Shown: piece after piece, positions 38,406 to 48,927 of the stretch
Layout: each line of letters begins with the position of its first letter
Numbering within the stretch: position 1 is the stretch's first letter
Origin: a virus
Lineage: Duplodnaviria > Caudoviricetes
Direction: 5' to 3' (one strand)
IMG/VR virus record: IMGVR_UViG_2852055501_000007
Span: 23,047 to 87,046 of that record
DNA length: 64,000 bases
Translations under genes and position numbers: made by a program
Notes under the pieces: generated by a model
What the model saw: the letters and a program-made list of their open reading frames with translations, nothing else
Told to the model about the DNA's origin: nothing
Database searches by the model: none

Positions 38406-39887
38406 TTAGTTACCCGGCATCAGGCGGAACTGGTTAAGCAGCGCAAGCACGCGCAGCTGGTTAATGAGGGTGCCGGTCCACAGGACATCAACACGGTTCG
38501 GGTTCTGACTGTTGCGCTCGACTTTCAGACCGGCGGCAAAGCCTTTCGCGTCCTGTACATGGCCGTTAAATTCCAGGAAGCCATATTGCGCGATCAGTTC
38601 TGCCCGGATGATATTCGGCGTGACGATTGCAGACCCCGGTGCGAATCGGGTCCCGTCATCTGCCAGTTTCATACGCCCGAATTTACTGGTCACCTGGGTG
38701 CGCAGATAACGGGAGACAAACATCAGCAGATACAGGGTTTCCACCTGAAGGTAACTGTCGTCATTATCGCCGTAGGCGTTTTTCTGGTAGGTCGTGATGA
38801 TATTCTCAACCCGAACGGTACCGTCATCATCCACGGTAAATGTGGAAATACCACTGTGCAGCAGGTTGTTACGCTCGGTCAGTTCCAGAATCTTCGTGTC
38901 GTCCGGCGGCAGCACACCACTGATAACCAGCGTCTGTAACGGGCGGCCCGGATCATTACGCAAGCTCTGGGCAATAGCACCGGTATATGCCGCGCTCCAC
39001 TGATAATCCGGTGAGGGTGAACCGTTCACCCCGAGCAGGGAGGCATGCTGGTCGTTACGCTTTTCACCAAAATCAGCCAGTTGGCCATAAGTGCCGGTGA
39101 TCATCCCGTAGCTGTGTCCGTACAACTGTTTGTCCCACGCCCAGCGGTCTGCCAGAAAGGTTTTCACCACATCGAGAGACGCCGTATCGGTATACGGGTT
39201 CACGATAAAATCAAAGGATCGGTCTTTCAGATTCGCCAGGCCATTAAGCAGATCCGGAGCGCCGTTACCGCCGGACATCGCCGTGATGGTCATTTCAAAA
39301 CCGGACGGTGTCGACTCGCCCCCGGTCAGCCCGAGGTAGTTCAGCCGGATATCAATCCCGTTACCGTGGGCGCCTTTGTTTTTGGCCGTCAGAGTAACCG
39401 TATCCGCCTCTGCTGCTGCCGTTACCGGCAGGTTCGCATTGCGGTTAATCACTTTAGTCAGTCCGGTTGCGATAGCTTCCGCTGTGTCCGTAGCCACAAC
39501 GGCCATCTGAACACGGATACCCGCGATATACAGTGAAATCACACCGGTATCATTGGCAGCACTGGTAATTTTCAGTTTACCGGCAGCTGCTGTCTGCGAT
39601 TCAGTATCTGCCAGCGGTAACACCCACACCTCACCGGCCGTGTCATTACGGAAATAGGCCTCTGCTTCGGTGTGCAGCATGGATCCGCGTCCGAAACGTT
39701 CTGCGGCCTGCGTCCCTGATGTGATGCGTTCAGGAATACTGTCTTTACCCGCCGCACGGTCCAGCATCTGGCCGATTAACAACGTGCGCTGCGTGGCGGT
39801 TGCAGTGTTGGCCATTGAGTTATCAAACTCAACGAAAAACAGCGGGGTCCGCAAATTCTGCGGAATAGTGGCAAATGGCACTGTCAT
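38406..39887 (-). CDS. Tail sheath protein (Mu L-like)
   Basis: PLFFVEFDNS.A, FGRGSML, DPGRPLQTL, ITTYQKN. Confidence 0.95.
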   Translation of the reverse strand: MTVPFATIPQNLRTPLFFVEFDNSMANTATATQRTLLIGQMLDRAAGKDSIPERITSGTQAAERFGRGSMLHTEAEAYFRNDTAGEVWVLPLADTESQTAAAGKLKITSAANDTGVISLYIAGIRVQMAVVATDTAEAIATGLTKVINRNANLPVTAAAEADTVTLTAKNKGAHGNGIDIRLNYLGLTGGESTPSGFEMTITAMSGGNGAPDLLNGLANLKDRSFDFIVNPYTDTASLDVVKTFLADRWAWDKQLYGHSYGMITGTYGQLADFGEKRNDQHASLLGVNGSPSPDYQWSAAYTGAIAQSLRNDPGRPLQTLVISGVLPPDDTKILELTERNNLLHSGISTFTVDDDGTVRVENIITTYQKNAYGDNDDSYLQVETLYLLMFVSRYLRTQVTSKFGRMKLADDGTRFAPGSAIVTPNIIRAELIAQYGFLEFNGHVQDAKGFAAGLKVERNSQNPNRVDVLWTGTLINQLRVLALLNQFRLMPGN

Positions 39888-40051
39888 GCTTTTTGCTCCT
39901 TCACTTTCTGAGGATTACCCGGCACGACATCCCCCTGATTCAGACGGGTGCGCCAGAAAACATTATCAGGGACGTCCTGCCCGGATTCAGGCAAAAGCTC
40001 CCCTTTGACCGGACAGCGGACGCTGCGGCCTTTTACAGGTTTTACAAACAT
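39884..40051 (-). CDS. DUF2635-like small tail-region protein
   Basis: Hand translation MFVKPVKGRSVRCP...FWRTRLNQGDVV. Confidence 0.75.
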   Translation of the reverse strand: MFVKPVKGRSVRCPVKGELLPESGQDVPDNVFWRTRLNQGDVVPGNPQKVKEQKA

Positions 40052-40053
40052 GG

Positions 40054-40602
40054 TTACTCCTGATTAGTCAGGTCGATGGAGACGTGATGTTCCGGACTGC
40101 CGTCAGGCATCTGAACACTGATATCGATAGCGGTAAGCGGATCCGCGTCAACCGGGTAAAACTCCTCCGGCCCCTGGTAATATTCGATATCCAGATCCAT
40201 CAGCAATTGCGCCATATGACCTTCACCGGCGGCACTGATGTTTATCTGAGAGCGGATATTCAGGAACTGCTGGATTTGCCGGGTCAGCTCATAACGGTTA
40301 ATTACCGCCCGTTCAATCTGTTCCCGCAGGGCTTCCAGTGCCAGCTCTGCTTTTATGGCGCCGTTCCGGTCTTCCTCATCGAACTCTTCCAGACGGCCGG
40401 TGACGCGGACCGTGGTTACGGTGTTGAACTGCGGAACATTACGGCCGAGTGAGTGTTTTTCATCAAACGGGGTCTGCACGATAATGCAGGGGTATTCCGC
40501 ATTGGTGGTCGGCCAGTCCTGCGGGGAATACACTCGGTCTTCCGCGCTGGTTTTCCCCTTCAGGGCCGCGACAACGAGCTCACGAACTCTGGCTGCATTC
40601 AT
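40054..40602 (-). CDS. Probable tail terminator/completion protein
   Basis: Position before sheath; RVY.P..WP, YP.I.V. Confidence 0.65.
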   Translation of the reverse strand: MNAARVRELVVAALKGKTSAEDRVYSPQDWPTTNAEYPCIIVQTPFDEKHSLGRNVPQFNTVTTVRVTGRLEEFDEEDRNGAIKAELALEALREQIERAVINRYELTRQIQQFLNIRSQINISAAGEGHMAQLLMDLDIEYYQGPEEFYPVDADPLTAIDISVQMPDGSPEHHVSIDLTNQE

Positions 40603-40940
40603 TATTTCACCTTATTCAGGATCAGGTGTGTCCCGCCGTGACTGTCCGGCTGCACATCGGATACCACAAACAGAGTGCTGACGCTGTAGACAAATACCCG
40701 ATCCCCTTTCGCCGGAGGCACAGTAAAAATAACATCGCGCACACCGAGGATCGGACGGGTGGTATTGATACCGCTTTCACCGTCCATGCTTTCATAGTCC
40801 TGGAAATAGGCCCGGTCAAAAATGCCGTCAATATCGTAAAATCCGGCACCTTTAGCACTTTTCACCGGTTCCCAGCGTACTTTTTCCGCAAAGACGTTGT
40901 GCAGCGGCCCCAGCAGGTGTTTATCCCAGTCAACGCCCAT
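40602..40940 (-). CDS. Head-tail joining protein
   Basis: GIFD, P..GD, DVQPD..G. Confidence 0.75.
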   Translation of the reverse strand: MGVDWDKHLLGPLHNVFAEKVRWEPVKSAKGAGFYDIDGIFDRAYFQDYESMDGESGINTTRPILGVRDVIFTVPPAKGDRVFVYSVSTLFVVSDVQPDSHGGTHLILNKVK

Positions 40941-41304
40941 TGATGGTTACAGTGCCGGGCGGGTTGGCTTTCGCCAGTTTTTCCCGCACTGCCTCCAGAG
41001 ACATCACCACGCCCAGATAAATCAGGCGGACAGCATCAGAATCATCCAGCGTGATTTGCTGGTTTTCCCGGTAAAACTCACCGTCATGCTGCACACTGCG
41101 GCCTTTGACCACCACATACACACCATCAGCTTCCGGTTCAGGGTCCGGAGTGAAATTCTGCGCTGATACGGTTTCGGTTACCGGCTCATTGCCGGCAGTC
41201 TCCGGATCCTTCACCGGATTAACCTGACCGGGAACCATCAGCTCGGGCGGCAGGCCGCCCGGCTCCTGTGGTTTCTCCGGCGTATTTTTTTTATTCGCCA
41301 TCAA
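40930..41304 (-). CDS. Hypothetical head-region protein
   Basis: V.HDG..Y, A.RL..LG motif; after capsid. Confidence 0.65.
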   Translation of the reverse strand: MMANKKNTPEKPQEPGGLPPELMVPGQVNPVKDPETAGNEPVTETVSAQNFTPDPEPEADGVYVVVKGRSVQHDGEFYRENQQITLDDSDAVRLIYLGVVMSLEAVREKLAKANPPGTVTINGR

Positions 41305-41313
41305 ATCCCCCTG

Positions 41314-42360
41314 TTAAACCACAACGGCACACAGTGATGCGTTAACACGGCTCGGAATGACCAGCGGCGCAGACTGAACCATAATAAAACGCTGCGCCGG
41401 ATCGTGCTGCAGCCAGGACTTCGGCGCATATGCCATCGGGCCGTAATTGAATGCAGGGTCGATAATGGCACCAAATGCACGGGTACCCATCAGGTCAGCG
41501 CCTGACATAATCACCGAGCCGTCAGCAATCATCGGTTTTTCTTTACCGTCCAGCGGATCAATAAACCAGTCGTTGTATACCCACAGGTCATAGTTACCCC
41601 AGCGGCCTTTGTATACAGCACCTGTTTTGATTTGCGTACCGGGGTTAATCTGGTTACCGAACGGAGAAAGCGCGGGGAAGGTAATGGCGCTATCCTTAAC
41701 CGATGTGTCCAGACGGAAAGCTTTCCACGATTTGGTGGTGAAGACGATATCTGTCGCCACCGCACCTGACTCCTTCAGCATGCGCTGCGCCCAGTCTTCG
41801 ATGTCATCAGTCGGTTTGATGTTGGTTTTTCCTGCTTCCACGGTTTCCGGCCATTTATCGGCACCGCTCAGGGCAATAGTCAGATCGGACGAGCGCCCGA
41901 AATCCACCACCTGAGTTTCATAACCTTCACCGGTTACTGTCACCGTACCGGTCTGGAGTGCGCTGGCCGCCATCCATTCCAGGCGGCGGTTAATCATGTC
42001 AATCTGGTCAGTCAGCTCGAACTGCAGGTTCAGCATTTCACGTTCAGCGGCAGAATACTGACCGCCGATGCGCTCACCAATCTGACGGCGGATGGGTTTA
42101 CGCAGATCCGGTGCACGTTTGTCTTTGATGTACGCCGGTTTAAAGCTGTTGGTCTGGAACTTACGGGCTTCCACCAGCTTACCTTCCACCAGCGGCGAAA
42201 CGAACGGAGCCAGACGGCGCAGACCGACGTCAACATCAATGGAAACTTCTTCAGTATCGGATTCCACGATATTCGGGAAAAACTTATCCAGCAGCCAGTT
42301 CTGACTGGTCATCAGATTCGGAACAACCTGGATTAATACATTGGTATCAAAAATATTCAT
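41314..42360 (-). CDS. Major capsid protein (lambda gpE family)
   Basis: LAPFVSP, FKPAYIK.K, R.EWMAA.AL..G, QSAPL. Confidence 0.95.
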   Translation of the reverse strand: MNIFDTNVLIQVVPNLMTSQNWLLDKFFPNIVESDTEEVSIDVDVGLRRLAPFVSPLVEGKLVEARKFQTNSFKPAYIKDKRAPDLRKPIRRQIGERIGGQYSAAEREMLNLQFELTDQIDMINRRLEWMAASALQTGTVTVTGEGYETQVVDFGRSSDLTIALSGADKWPETVEAGKTNIKPTDDIEDWAQRMLKESGAVATDIVFTTKSWKAFRLDTSVKDSAITFPALSPFGNQINPGTQIKTGAVYKGRWGNYDLWVYNDWFIDPLDGKEKPMIADGSVIMSGADLMGTRAFGAIIDPAFNYGPMAYAPKSWLQHDPAQRFIMVQSAPLVIPSRVNASLCAVVV

Positions 42361-42433
42361 GCTTTTTCTCGTATAAAAGACGTCACGACGCCTGCCGTGA
42401 CCGGCATCAGGACGTCTGCATTAAAGGGAGGGA

Positions 42434-42826
42434 TCAGGCCTGTACGCTGTCGCGCAGGAAGACGGAGAACTTACGCAGGGCGTCTTTCAGATCTGCCGCA
42501 GTCCAGCTTTCATCATGAATAATGCGGTTCTGATTAAATTCGCCCATCAGATAGACACCACCGGAAACGCTGCTGTCAGTGGTATCGACATCATCCGCCA
42601 GGATAGCGCACGGAATTTCACTGCCGTCAGCCGCCCCTTTTTTGCTCAGCACATACTCACCGGAATCAGTGACTTTACCGAGGATGGTGCCGCGTTTCAG
42701 AATACCGGCTTTGGCAATAATGCCGGTGTCCGTCACAGTCTGTAACGGACCGGAAATCAACTGATCCGGATTAAATACCGCCTGACGCACTCCCGGCTGA
42801 AACGGGTTTTGTGAGATCTGTTCCAT
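42434..42826 (-). CDS. Head decoration protein (gpD-like)
   Basis: L.RGT.LG, DGSE.P.AILA, Y..GEFN. Confidence 0.88.
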   Translation of the reverse strand: MEQISQNPFQPGVRQAVFNPDQLISGPLQTVTDTGIIAKAGILKRGTILGKVTDSGEYVLSKKGAADGSEIPCAILADDVDTTDSSVSGGVYLMGEFNQNRIIHDESWTAADLKDALRKFSVFLRDSVQA

Positions 42827-43446
42827 TATTTCGCTCCCTTGTTGCTGTTATAAAGACTGGTCATCTGATGAACCAGCGCGGCGGCGGTACCCGCTGCCGG
42901 TGCCTGAGCATCCGGACTGATGCGTACCTGCTGCTCTGCCCGCATGCGGCTGTCGAGCGATGGGCGCTGTGTTGCGGGCTGTACCGCACCCATTGCTTTC
43001 AGGGTGCTGATCGCTTCAGATGAAGACATTCGGGTATTGAATGCCAGATGTGCAGCCATATCCGGACGACCGGCGGCAGCCTTGCTGCCAAAGATGCGGG
43101 CACAGCGTTTGCGTTCAGCGCGGCGGCCTTTTTTCACATCTTTATTTTCATCGTCGTCTTCGGCGTCTTCGTCATCACCTTCTGCGTCTTCATCATCTTC
43201 GGCGTCCGGATCATCGTCGTCGCCTTCGGCTTTTTTGGCTTTCTTAGCTTTGCGTCCCTGCTTTTCGTCGTCCTGCTCTTCTGCATCCTCACGATCTTCA
43301 TCGTCTTCCGCATCTTCGTCGCGCTCGTCCTCTTCCGCTTTGCGGCCTTTGGCTTTGCGCACTTTTTTATCTTCATCCTCTTCCGAGGCTCTGGCTTTTT
43401 TACCCAGGCCGATCAGATGAGCAAAGGTAAACTTATTGTCTGCCAT
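42826..43446 (-). CDS. Acidic scaffold-like protein
   Basis: D/E/K low-complexity tract then AER.RC..I...AA.GR...A..LA as in lambda Nu3-like regions. Confidence 0.65.
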   Translation of the reverse strand: MADNKFTFAHLIGLGKKARASEEDEDKKVRKAKGRKAEEDERDEDAEDDEDREDAEEQDDEKQGRKAKKAKKAEGDDDDPDAEDDEDAEGDDEDAEDDDENKDVKKGRRAERKRCARIFGSKAAAGRPDMAAHLAFNTRMSSSEAISTLKAMGAVQPATQRPSLDSRMRAEQQVRISPDAQAPAAGTAAALVHQMTSLYNSNKGAK

Positions 43447-43448
43447 AG

Positions 43449-44303
43449 TTAAATTACTCCGGATTCTTTCATCAGTTCCTGAAATGCGACATCAGGACTG
43501 GCAACCACATCAGCCAGACCCATCTGTACGCCCTCGGCTGCCAGATAACAGGCGGCCTGTGTATTGCGGATCACTGTCTCAGACAGTCCGCGGTTACGGG
43601 AAACAGTGCTCACAAACAGACGCCCCATTTCATCGACATCATGCTGAATGGCCGCTTTCGCCTCGTCACTCAACGCCACATACGGGTTACTTTCCGCTTT
43701 ACGGTTCCCGTAGGTGATAATGGACACTTTCAGCCCGTCATCCTTGATACGCTGTGACCAGTCACAGTGAATGACAATCACCCCGACCGAACCGACACCG
43801 CCGGTGCGCGGGACAAAAATTTTGTCCGCAGCGCTGGCAATCGCGTAGGCAGCGGAAAAGGCATTTTCGGACAGAATGGCGTGAATGGGTTTTTTGCCGC
43901 GTTCGGTATAAATCAGATCGACCAGGTCAAAACAACCGGCCACTTCACCGCCGGGAGAATCGATATCAAGGCAGATGCCCTTCACTTCCGGATCGTTAAC
44001 AGCGGTCAGAAATACCCGGCGGATACCGTCATAGCCGGTCATGCCGCTGTACGGCCGCAGTGTGCCGAGTTTCTGAACCAGCGTGCCGTAGACCGGGATA
44101 ACCGCGATACCTTCCAGCACGTCATACCCGCTGTCTTTCCGTGCTTTACGGCTGAAATATCCGTCATCGTCTTCCATCATGGTGCTGCGGATCTGCGTGA
44201 TACCGAGCCGTTCTGTCAGTGATGACACAATCACTTCCGCTTTCTGCGGGTGTATGGCAAGAGGCGTGTTAAACAACTTCTGTGCCAGGTGGGGTAAATT
44301 CAC
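43449..44303 (-). CDS. Head maturation protease, S49 family
   Basis: LDIDSPGG, A.SAAY.IASAA, VGSVGV. Confidence 0.93.
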   Translation of the reverse strand: MNLPHLAQKLFNTPLAIHPQKAEVIVSSLTERLGITQIRSTMMEDDDGYFSRKARKDSGYDVLEGIAVIPVYGTLVQKLGTLRPYSGMTGYDGIRRVFLTAVNDPEVKGICLDIDSPGGEVAGCFDLVDLIYTERGKKPIHAILSENAFSAAYAIASAADKIFVPRTGGVGSVGVIVIHCDWSQRIKDDGLKVSIITYGNRKAESNPYVALSDEAKAAIQHDVDEMGRLFVSTVSRNRGLSETVIRNTQAACYLAAEGVQMGLADVVASPDVAFQELMKESGVI

Positions 44304-45952
44304 TTCGCCTCCTGTTTGTTATCGGGGTTTGGTGCAAACTCTTCTGCCACTGCCCAGCTGGGCGGCGGCAATCCGAGCTCTTTAAACCGCTGAAGTTCAT
44401 AGCTGCGCTGATCGACCAGCTCTTCCCAGTCCTCACCCATGTTTTCAGCCACTTCCATTTCCAGTGTTGAAAAACCGGCTTCCATACTGAGAATGGCCCC
44501 TTTTTTCTCTGCGACCGGGTCCACCCAGCCGCGCCCCGGCCCCATCCACCGCGCGCGGCAGTAGGATGCTGATGCGTCCATAAAGTCCGGGGCATCATTC
44601 GGTAACGGAACATCTTCCACATCGTGGATTTCTTCGGCAAAAGCCACCGCTATCGGTTGTGCGAAGCCGTTTGAGAAGTCATCACGGCGGCGGGTCAGGG
44701 TTTTCCAGGCTTCCAGCATGGCGGCACGGGCAGAGGAATAGTTAACATCAGACCAGTCCTGTGTGACCTGCTGGGCTGACAGGCCGGTTGCCGCAGAGAT
44801 GTTCCGCAGCACCGCACTCTCAAAACCGTCAAAATTACTGGTCGGCCGGGCGGCGGACAGTGTGACTATTTTTTCATTCGGGAACAGGTGCGGGATCCGT
44901 GCGCCGTTCTGAAGATTGAGTCGCTTGTCCTGATAGTATTCTGTCCGCTGTGTCTGGTAGGCACTGAGTTCATCACCGGTAAAATCTCCGGTATCCCCCA
45001 GGGCGGAAGCCACCATCTGCGCATCATACGGGGATTCGATATACGCCCCGAAAATAGCGTTGAGGATTGCCGCCTCCAGTTCTGATTCATCGTACTTAAT
45101 CAGCATTTTCAGCTTCTGAACGATAGGGGCCAGAATACCGATCCCCCGGTGCTGAGCACCGCGCTCCATATCAAAATCATGCACCACCACTGGGCGACCC
45201 CATGATGTTTCACGCGGTACGCGGTTCCAGGTCATGGTTTTCTTACCTGAATACCAGTCCCCCATATGGGCTTCACGGATGTGATAGGCGATCGGGGCAC
45301 CGTCGCTGTCAATCTCTACCCCGCCGCGTATATTCGGCATGTCAAAATTCTGCTGCGGATTACTCAGGCGGTCGGGATCAACAATCTGAACCGTCGTCGC
45401 ATAACGGGCCTTACCGTGACCAAGCCGGTCAGGACGGTATTGCAGAACCGCCAGCGCATCACCGTCCAGCAGCTTGTGACGGAAAGCCAGCCGCAGCATC
45501 TGCGATACGGTCTGTTTACGTTCAACATCACAGTACCGGCCCTTGTCATTTGCCCATGAACGCCAGTGCGCGGTAATAAACCGGCTGTATTCGGCAGCCC
45601 ACACCGCATCAAATGCCTTATTACCGGTCAGTTGCCTGAGCATCCGGTAATCGGGTTTGAATACCGGCCGGTAACAGGCACCCACCGCATTATCCAGGAC
45701 ACGGGTTATTGAGCCGGACGCCCAGCCGTCATTCCGTGCCAGATCACGCATACGTGACACAATGCGGTCACGGTAGATGTTAATTTCATTATCCGGCGAC
45801 CACAGCGCGGGCTGCCAGTTCGCCATCTGATCACTGAATGAATCCGCCGCGTCATACGGCACCCAGCCACTGCCGGACAGTGCCCCGTATTTCATTTTCG
45901 GGGCAGCCGGAAGCAGCGGGCGCCCGTCCGCTCCTAAGATTTGTACACTCAT
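44300..45952 (-). CDS. Portal protein, lambda family
   Basis: RDL.RND, Q.RG, VNYSSARA, WVDPV.E. Confidence 0.95.
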   Translation of the reverse strand: MSVQILGADGRPLLPAAPKMKYGALSGSGWVPYDAADSFSDQMANWQPALWSPDNEINIYRDRIVSRMRDLARNDGWASGSITRVLDNAVGACYRPVFKPDYRMLRQLTGNKAFDAVWAAEYSRFITAHWRSWANDKGRYCDVERKQTVSQMLRLAFRHKLLDGDALAVLQYRPDRLGHGKARYATTVQIVDPDRLSNPQQNFDMPNIRGGVEIDSDGAPIAYHIREAHMGDWYSGKKTMTWNRVPRETSWGRPVVVHDFDMERGAQHRGIGILAPIVQKLKMLIKYDESELEAAILNAIFGAYIESPYDAQMVASALGDTGDFTGDELSAYQTQRTEYYQDKRLNLQNGARIPHLFPNEKIVTLSAARPTSNFDGFESAVLRNISAATGLSAQQVTQDWSDVNYSSARAAMLEAWKTLTRRRDDFSNGFAQPIAVAFAEEIHDVEDVPLPNDAPDFMDASASYCRARWMGPGRGWVDPVAEKKGAILSMEAGFSTLEMEVAENMGEDWEELVDQRSYELQRFKELGLPPPSWAVAEEFAPNPDNKQEAK

Positions 45953-46209
45953 CAGTACCTCACCCTGATTGGACGCCTGCGGGAGATCCCCAGCATGGCC
46001 TGTATTGTCTGGATCAGTGCCAGCAAATCGCCCAGACTGGTCTGCTGATAGGAAACCGATCGCGTCCCGTCACCCTGTGTATAGGAAAATGAAACGCCTT
46101 TGGCACCGGTTGACAGATCGATATAGGCCTGCTGCGCCTGAACAAGCGCCTGCTTTAACTGCGCATCACTCATGCCGGTAAGCAGCGTGGTAATTCGTGA
46201 CATTGACAC
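45952..46209 (-). CDS. gpW head completion protein
   Basis: AY.DL.TG, G.RSVSY, RRRP; between terL and portal. Confidence 0.85.
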   Translation of the reverse strand: MSMSRITTLLTGMSDAQLKQALVQAQQAYIDLSTGAKGVSFSYTQGDGTRSVSYQQTSLGDLLALIQTIQAMLGISRRRPIRVRY

Positions 46210-46212
46210 TCC

Positions 46213-48186
46213 TTATGGCAAAAGCTGGGATATCCGCTTCCGCTGAGGCTTTTCATTGGTTTCCTCCGGGATGATGGCCCCCGGGAAGCGAAGGTTAACT
46301 TTGGTTTCCGGATTCTCTGCCGGTGCAATAAGCCGTTCCGGATTACCGGCGACAGCGTCAGCCAGCGCATTAAGTTTCAGCCCCATATACATCAGGCCGC
46401 ACAGCGCGGCATAGCTGTACACGCGGCAGTCCAGTGCTTCGTTTGCCCGCCCCGGTATCTGCTCCCAGACCCGGTACCGCTGACCGCCGGACACTTTAAT
46501 TACTGACCGCTCTGCCAGCAACTGACCGAAATACTGTAAATCCCGGTCAACCGGAAAGTGCATATACGCCGGTGCCGGTTCGCCTGCTGCCGGCGGCTCC
46601 AGATGCAGACGACCGCGCACCGCATCTTTGGCCGCGTTCACACCGATAATCACCGGTTTAAATCCGGCTTTCGAACGGGATGTAATGCGTTTTGTCGGCC
46701 AGATCGGTGAGCGTTTACCGCCACGGGCGGATTCGCCTTTGACAGCCCAAATCCTGCGACCGAGACGCGCTTTACAGAAATCATAAACGGCCTGGGTGTG
46801 ATGTCCGCCGGAGTCCATGCAGGCCGCCATGATGGCAAACCCGCGACCATCAGCACGCCGCCAGATTTGTTTCAGGTACGCATCGAGGCGCTCCCACGGC
46901 TCCGGTGTTTCCAGATCCCCCTCAATCACATCGTGAGCAACTGACCAGCTTTCCTCACTGCGGCCCCAGCCGACCACCTCAATCTCAAAGCGATCATCCT
47001 GAGTATCGATACCGGCCGTCAGCAGCGTGACACCGTCCGGCACTTCCGCTGCCCATACTTCGCAGCGCTCCAGTAGTTTTTGTTCGCTCAGGGCTTTTTC
47101 TCCCCTGTCTTCGTATGGCTCACCGAGCACCAGATTGATAAAGGTCTGCCGCATCAGCGGGTCGTCTTTCACCCGCAGCCATTCTTTCACCAGATTCGGC
47201 CAGGACGCGTTCGGGAACAGACTGTACGCCGCCCAGATATGAAATCCGGCGTGACCGGTAAACGGCTTTTCAGCGCGCCATTCCCCGTTTTTAATCATCA
47301 GCGGTTTGTTGCTGTCGTGAATGACGCACCCGTTATGGCGGCAGACGTAATACGCGGTATCCGGCAACCCGTTACCGTCTTTGTCTTTATCCCACTTCAT
47401 GCCGTACGGCGTATCGGGTCCGCCCCATTCCAGAATCTGAAACTCACCACAGTGCGGACACGGTACCCAGTAGTGCCGCTGATCACTTTCGTTGTAGGCT
47501 TTCTCGATACGACTGACGTTTTTTACGGTCGGCGTTGAACCGAGGCCGATTTTCCGGTTCCAGAATGTCTCTGAGCGTTTGATACCCAGAGCAATCTGGT
47601 CACCCTCAGAACCGGCACCGCCGGACGGATAACCGTCCACTTCATCAAACAGGATGATCCGGCAGGTGATACGACGAAACCCGCCGGGTGAATTTGCACC
47701 CACCAGCGTTAAATTGGCTCCGTTGGAAAACTGTTTCTTGAGGATGGTCTGGCCGCTGTCTTTTGCTTTGGCCTCACCTGCAATGGCTTTCAGTGCCGGG
47801 GTATCACGCAGCATCGGCGCAATTTCAGTCTTACTGTAGTCCTCAGCATCTTCCACACGGGGCTGAACCACCAGGATCGGGGACGGGTCATGCGACAGGT
47901 AATAAGCAACGGCATGGTCGAGAATCTTGGTATACCCGACCCGGGCTGATTTCATCACGGACACCTGGGTTACCGACGGATCGGTGAAGGCATCCATAAT
48001 GCCGTCCTGATATTTAAATGACCGGAAGCGGCCGGTCTGCGCGGCATTCTCTTTCGACAGCACCGCATATTTGTTCGCCCACTCGCTCAGCGATAAGGCT
48101 TCCGGAGGTCTGACGACAGCGCGTTTCTGACTCAGTGCACGGGTGAATTGTTGCCATGCATTATCCCCCCTGTTCACTGTGGTCAA
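46213..48186 (-). CDS. Terminase large subunit (lambda gpA family)
   Basis: KSARVGYTK, DEVDGY, STPT, VPCPHCG, GIDTQDDR, DSGG, NEALDC. Confidence 0.96.
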   Translation of the reverse strand: MTTVNRGDNAWQQFTRALSQKRAVVRPPEALSLSEWANKYAVLSKENAAQTGRFRSFKYQDGIMDAFTDPSVTQVSVMKSARVGYTKILDHAVAYYLSHDPSPILVVQPRVEDAEDYSKTEIAPMLRDTPALKAIAGEAKAKDSGQTILKKQFSNGANLTLVGANSPGGFRRITCRIILFDEVDGYPSGGAGSEGDQIALGIKRSETFWNRKIGLGSTPTVKNVSRIEKAYNESDQRHYWVPCPHCGEFQILEWGGPDTPYGMKWDKDKDGNGLPDTAYYVCRHNGCVIHDSNKPLMIKNGEWRAEKPFTGHAGFHIWAAYSLFPNASWPNLVKEWLRVKDDPLMRQTFINLVLGEPYEDRGEKALSEQKLLERCEVWAAEVPDGVTLLTAGIDTQDDRFEIEVVGWGRSEESWSVAHDVIEGDLETPEPWERLDAYLKQIWRRADGRGFAIMAACMDSGGHHTQAVYDFCKARLGRRIWAVKGESARGGKRSPIWPTKRITSRSKAGFKPVIIGVNAAKDAVRGRLHLEPPAAGEPAPAYMHFPVDRDLQYFGQLLAERSVIKVSGGQRYRVWEQIPGRANEALDCRVYSYAALCGLMYMGLKLNALADAVAGNPERLIAPAENPETKVNLRFPGAIIPEETNEKPQRKRISQLLP

Positions 48187-48742
48187 GGCTCAATTCCTCC
48201 ATCGCCTCATGAATGATATCCTGCAGCGCGGCCACAAACTCTGTATCAGAGGAAGTCAGTGCCAGCGACCGCAGGCGGGGACCGTGTTCAGGGGCTATCG
48301 CAATCAGGCGGGTACGCATGGCGTGATACTCCTCGCCCACTTTATCGATCATGTCCTGCCACGGCAGCACCTGTCCGGATTCCTTTTCGTACTCCAGCCG
48401 GGCCAGCTCAGCTAAGTAGTGCTCTTTGATGGCCCTGGATTCTTCCAGCGGACGAACGGCTATTTCACCGGAAACCAGTCGGGCATAAAAAGATTCGGCG
48501 CGCTGCTGAAAATCGCCTTTTTCTTTCGCCGGTTTCTTCTCCGGAGCATCAGATTTTTTCACCGCATTCTTCGTGCGCGGATCTTTGCTGTCCCGGTACT
48601 TTTTCAGATTCCGGTCACTGGCCTCCACGTCAATTTCATCCCCGGCCATCACGATATATTTTCCGGCCTTTATCCACCGGGTGATCGTCTTACGGTTCAC
48701 ATCCGCATGCTTCGCATAGTCGGAAATATTCATCGTGGTCAT
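48161..48742 (-). CDS. Terminase small subunit (Nu1-like)
   Basis: N-terminal HTH, LA.LEYE...G; overlaps terL start. Confidence 0.8.
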   Translation of the reverse strand: MTTMNISDYAKHADVNRKTITRWIKAGKYIVMAGDEIDVEASDRNLKKYRDSKDPRTKNAVKKSDAPEKKPAKEKGDFQQRAESFYARLVSGEIAVRPLEESRAIKEHYLAELARLEYEKESGQVLPWQDMIDKVGEEYHAMRTRLIAIAPEHGPRLRSLALTSSDTEFVAALQDIIHEAMEELSLDHSEQGG

Positions 48743-48901
48743 GGGACATTTTCCTGCTGATGTGGGACATCGGGACACATGGGACATTGCGCGGGACATG
48801 TCCCACATTTCATGGGACACAAAACTCAGAATTTTTTTACGTAACTTACTGAATCAGAAATGAAAGCACCCGACCGCTGTCATGGGACATGGGACACAAA
48901 A
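48738..48901. repeat. Cluster of GGGACA repeats (cosB-like)
   Basis: Eight direct copies and one inverted copy between cosN and terS. Confidence 0.75.
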
Positions 48902-48927
48902 TCAAAATTTCACAGCTAGCCGCAGAA

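Noticed and set aside
42920-43452. Long plus-strand ORFs (poly-Ser and Phe/Ile/Val-rich)
   Set aside because: Antisense shadows of the low-complexity acidic scaffold gene
48738-48901. GGGACA repeat cluster as a CRISPR array
   Set aside because: Repeats are 6-14 bp with irregular short gaps, no cas genes; position fits cosB
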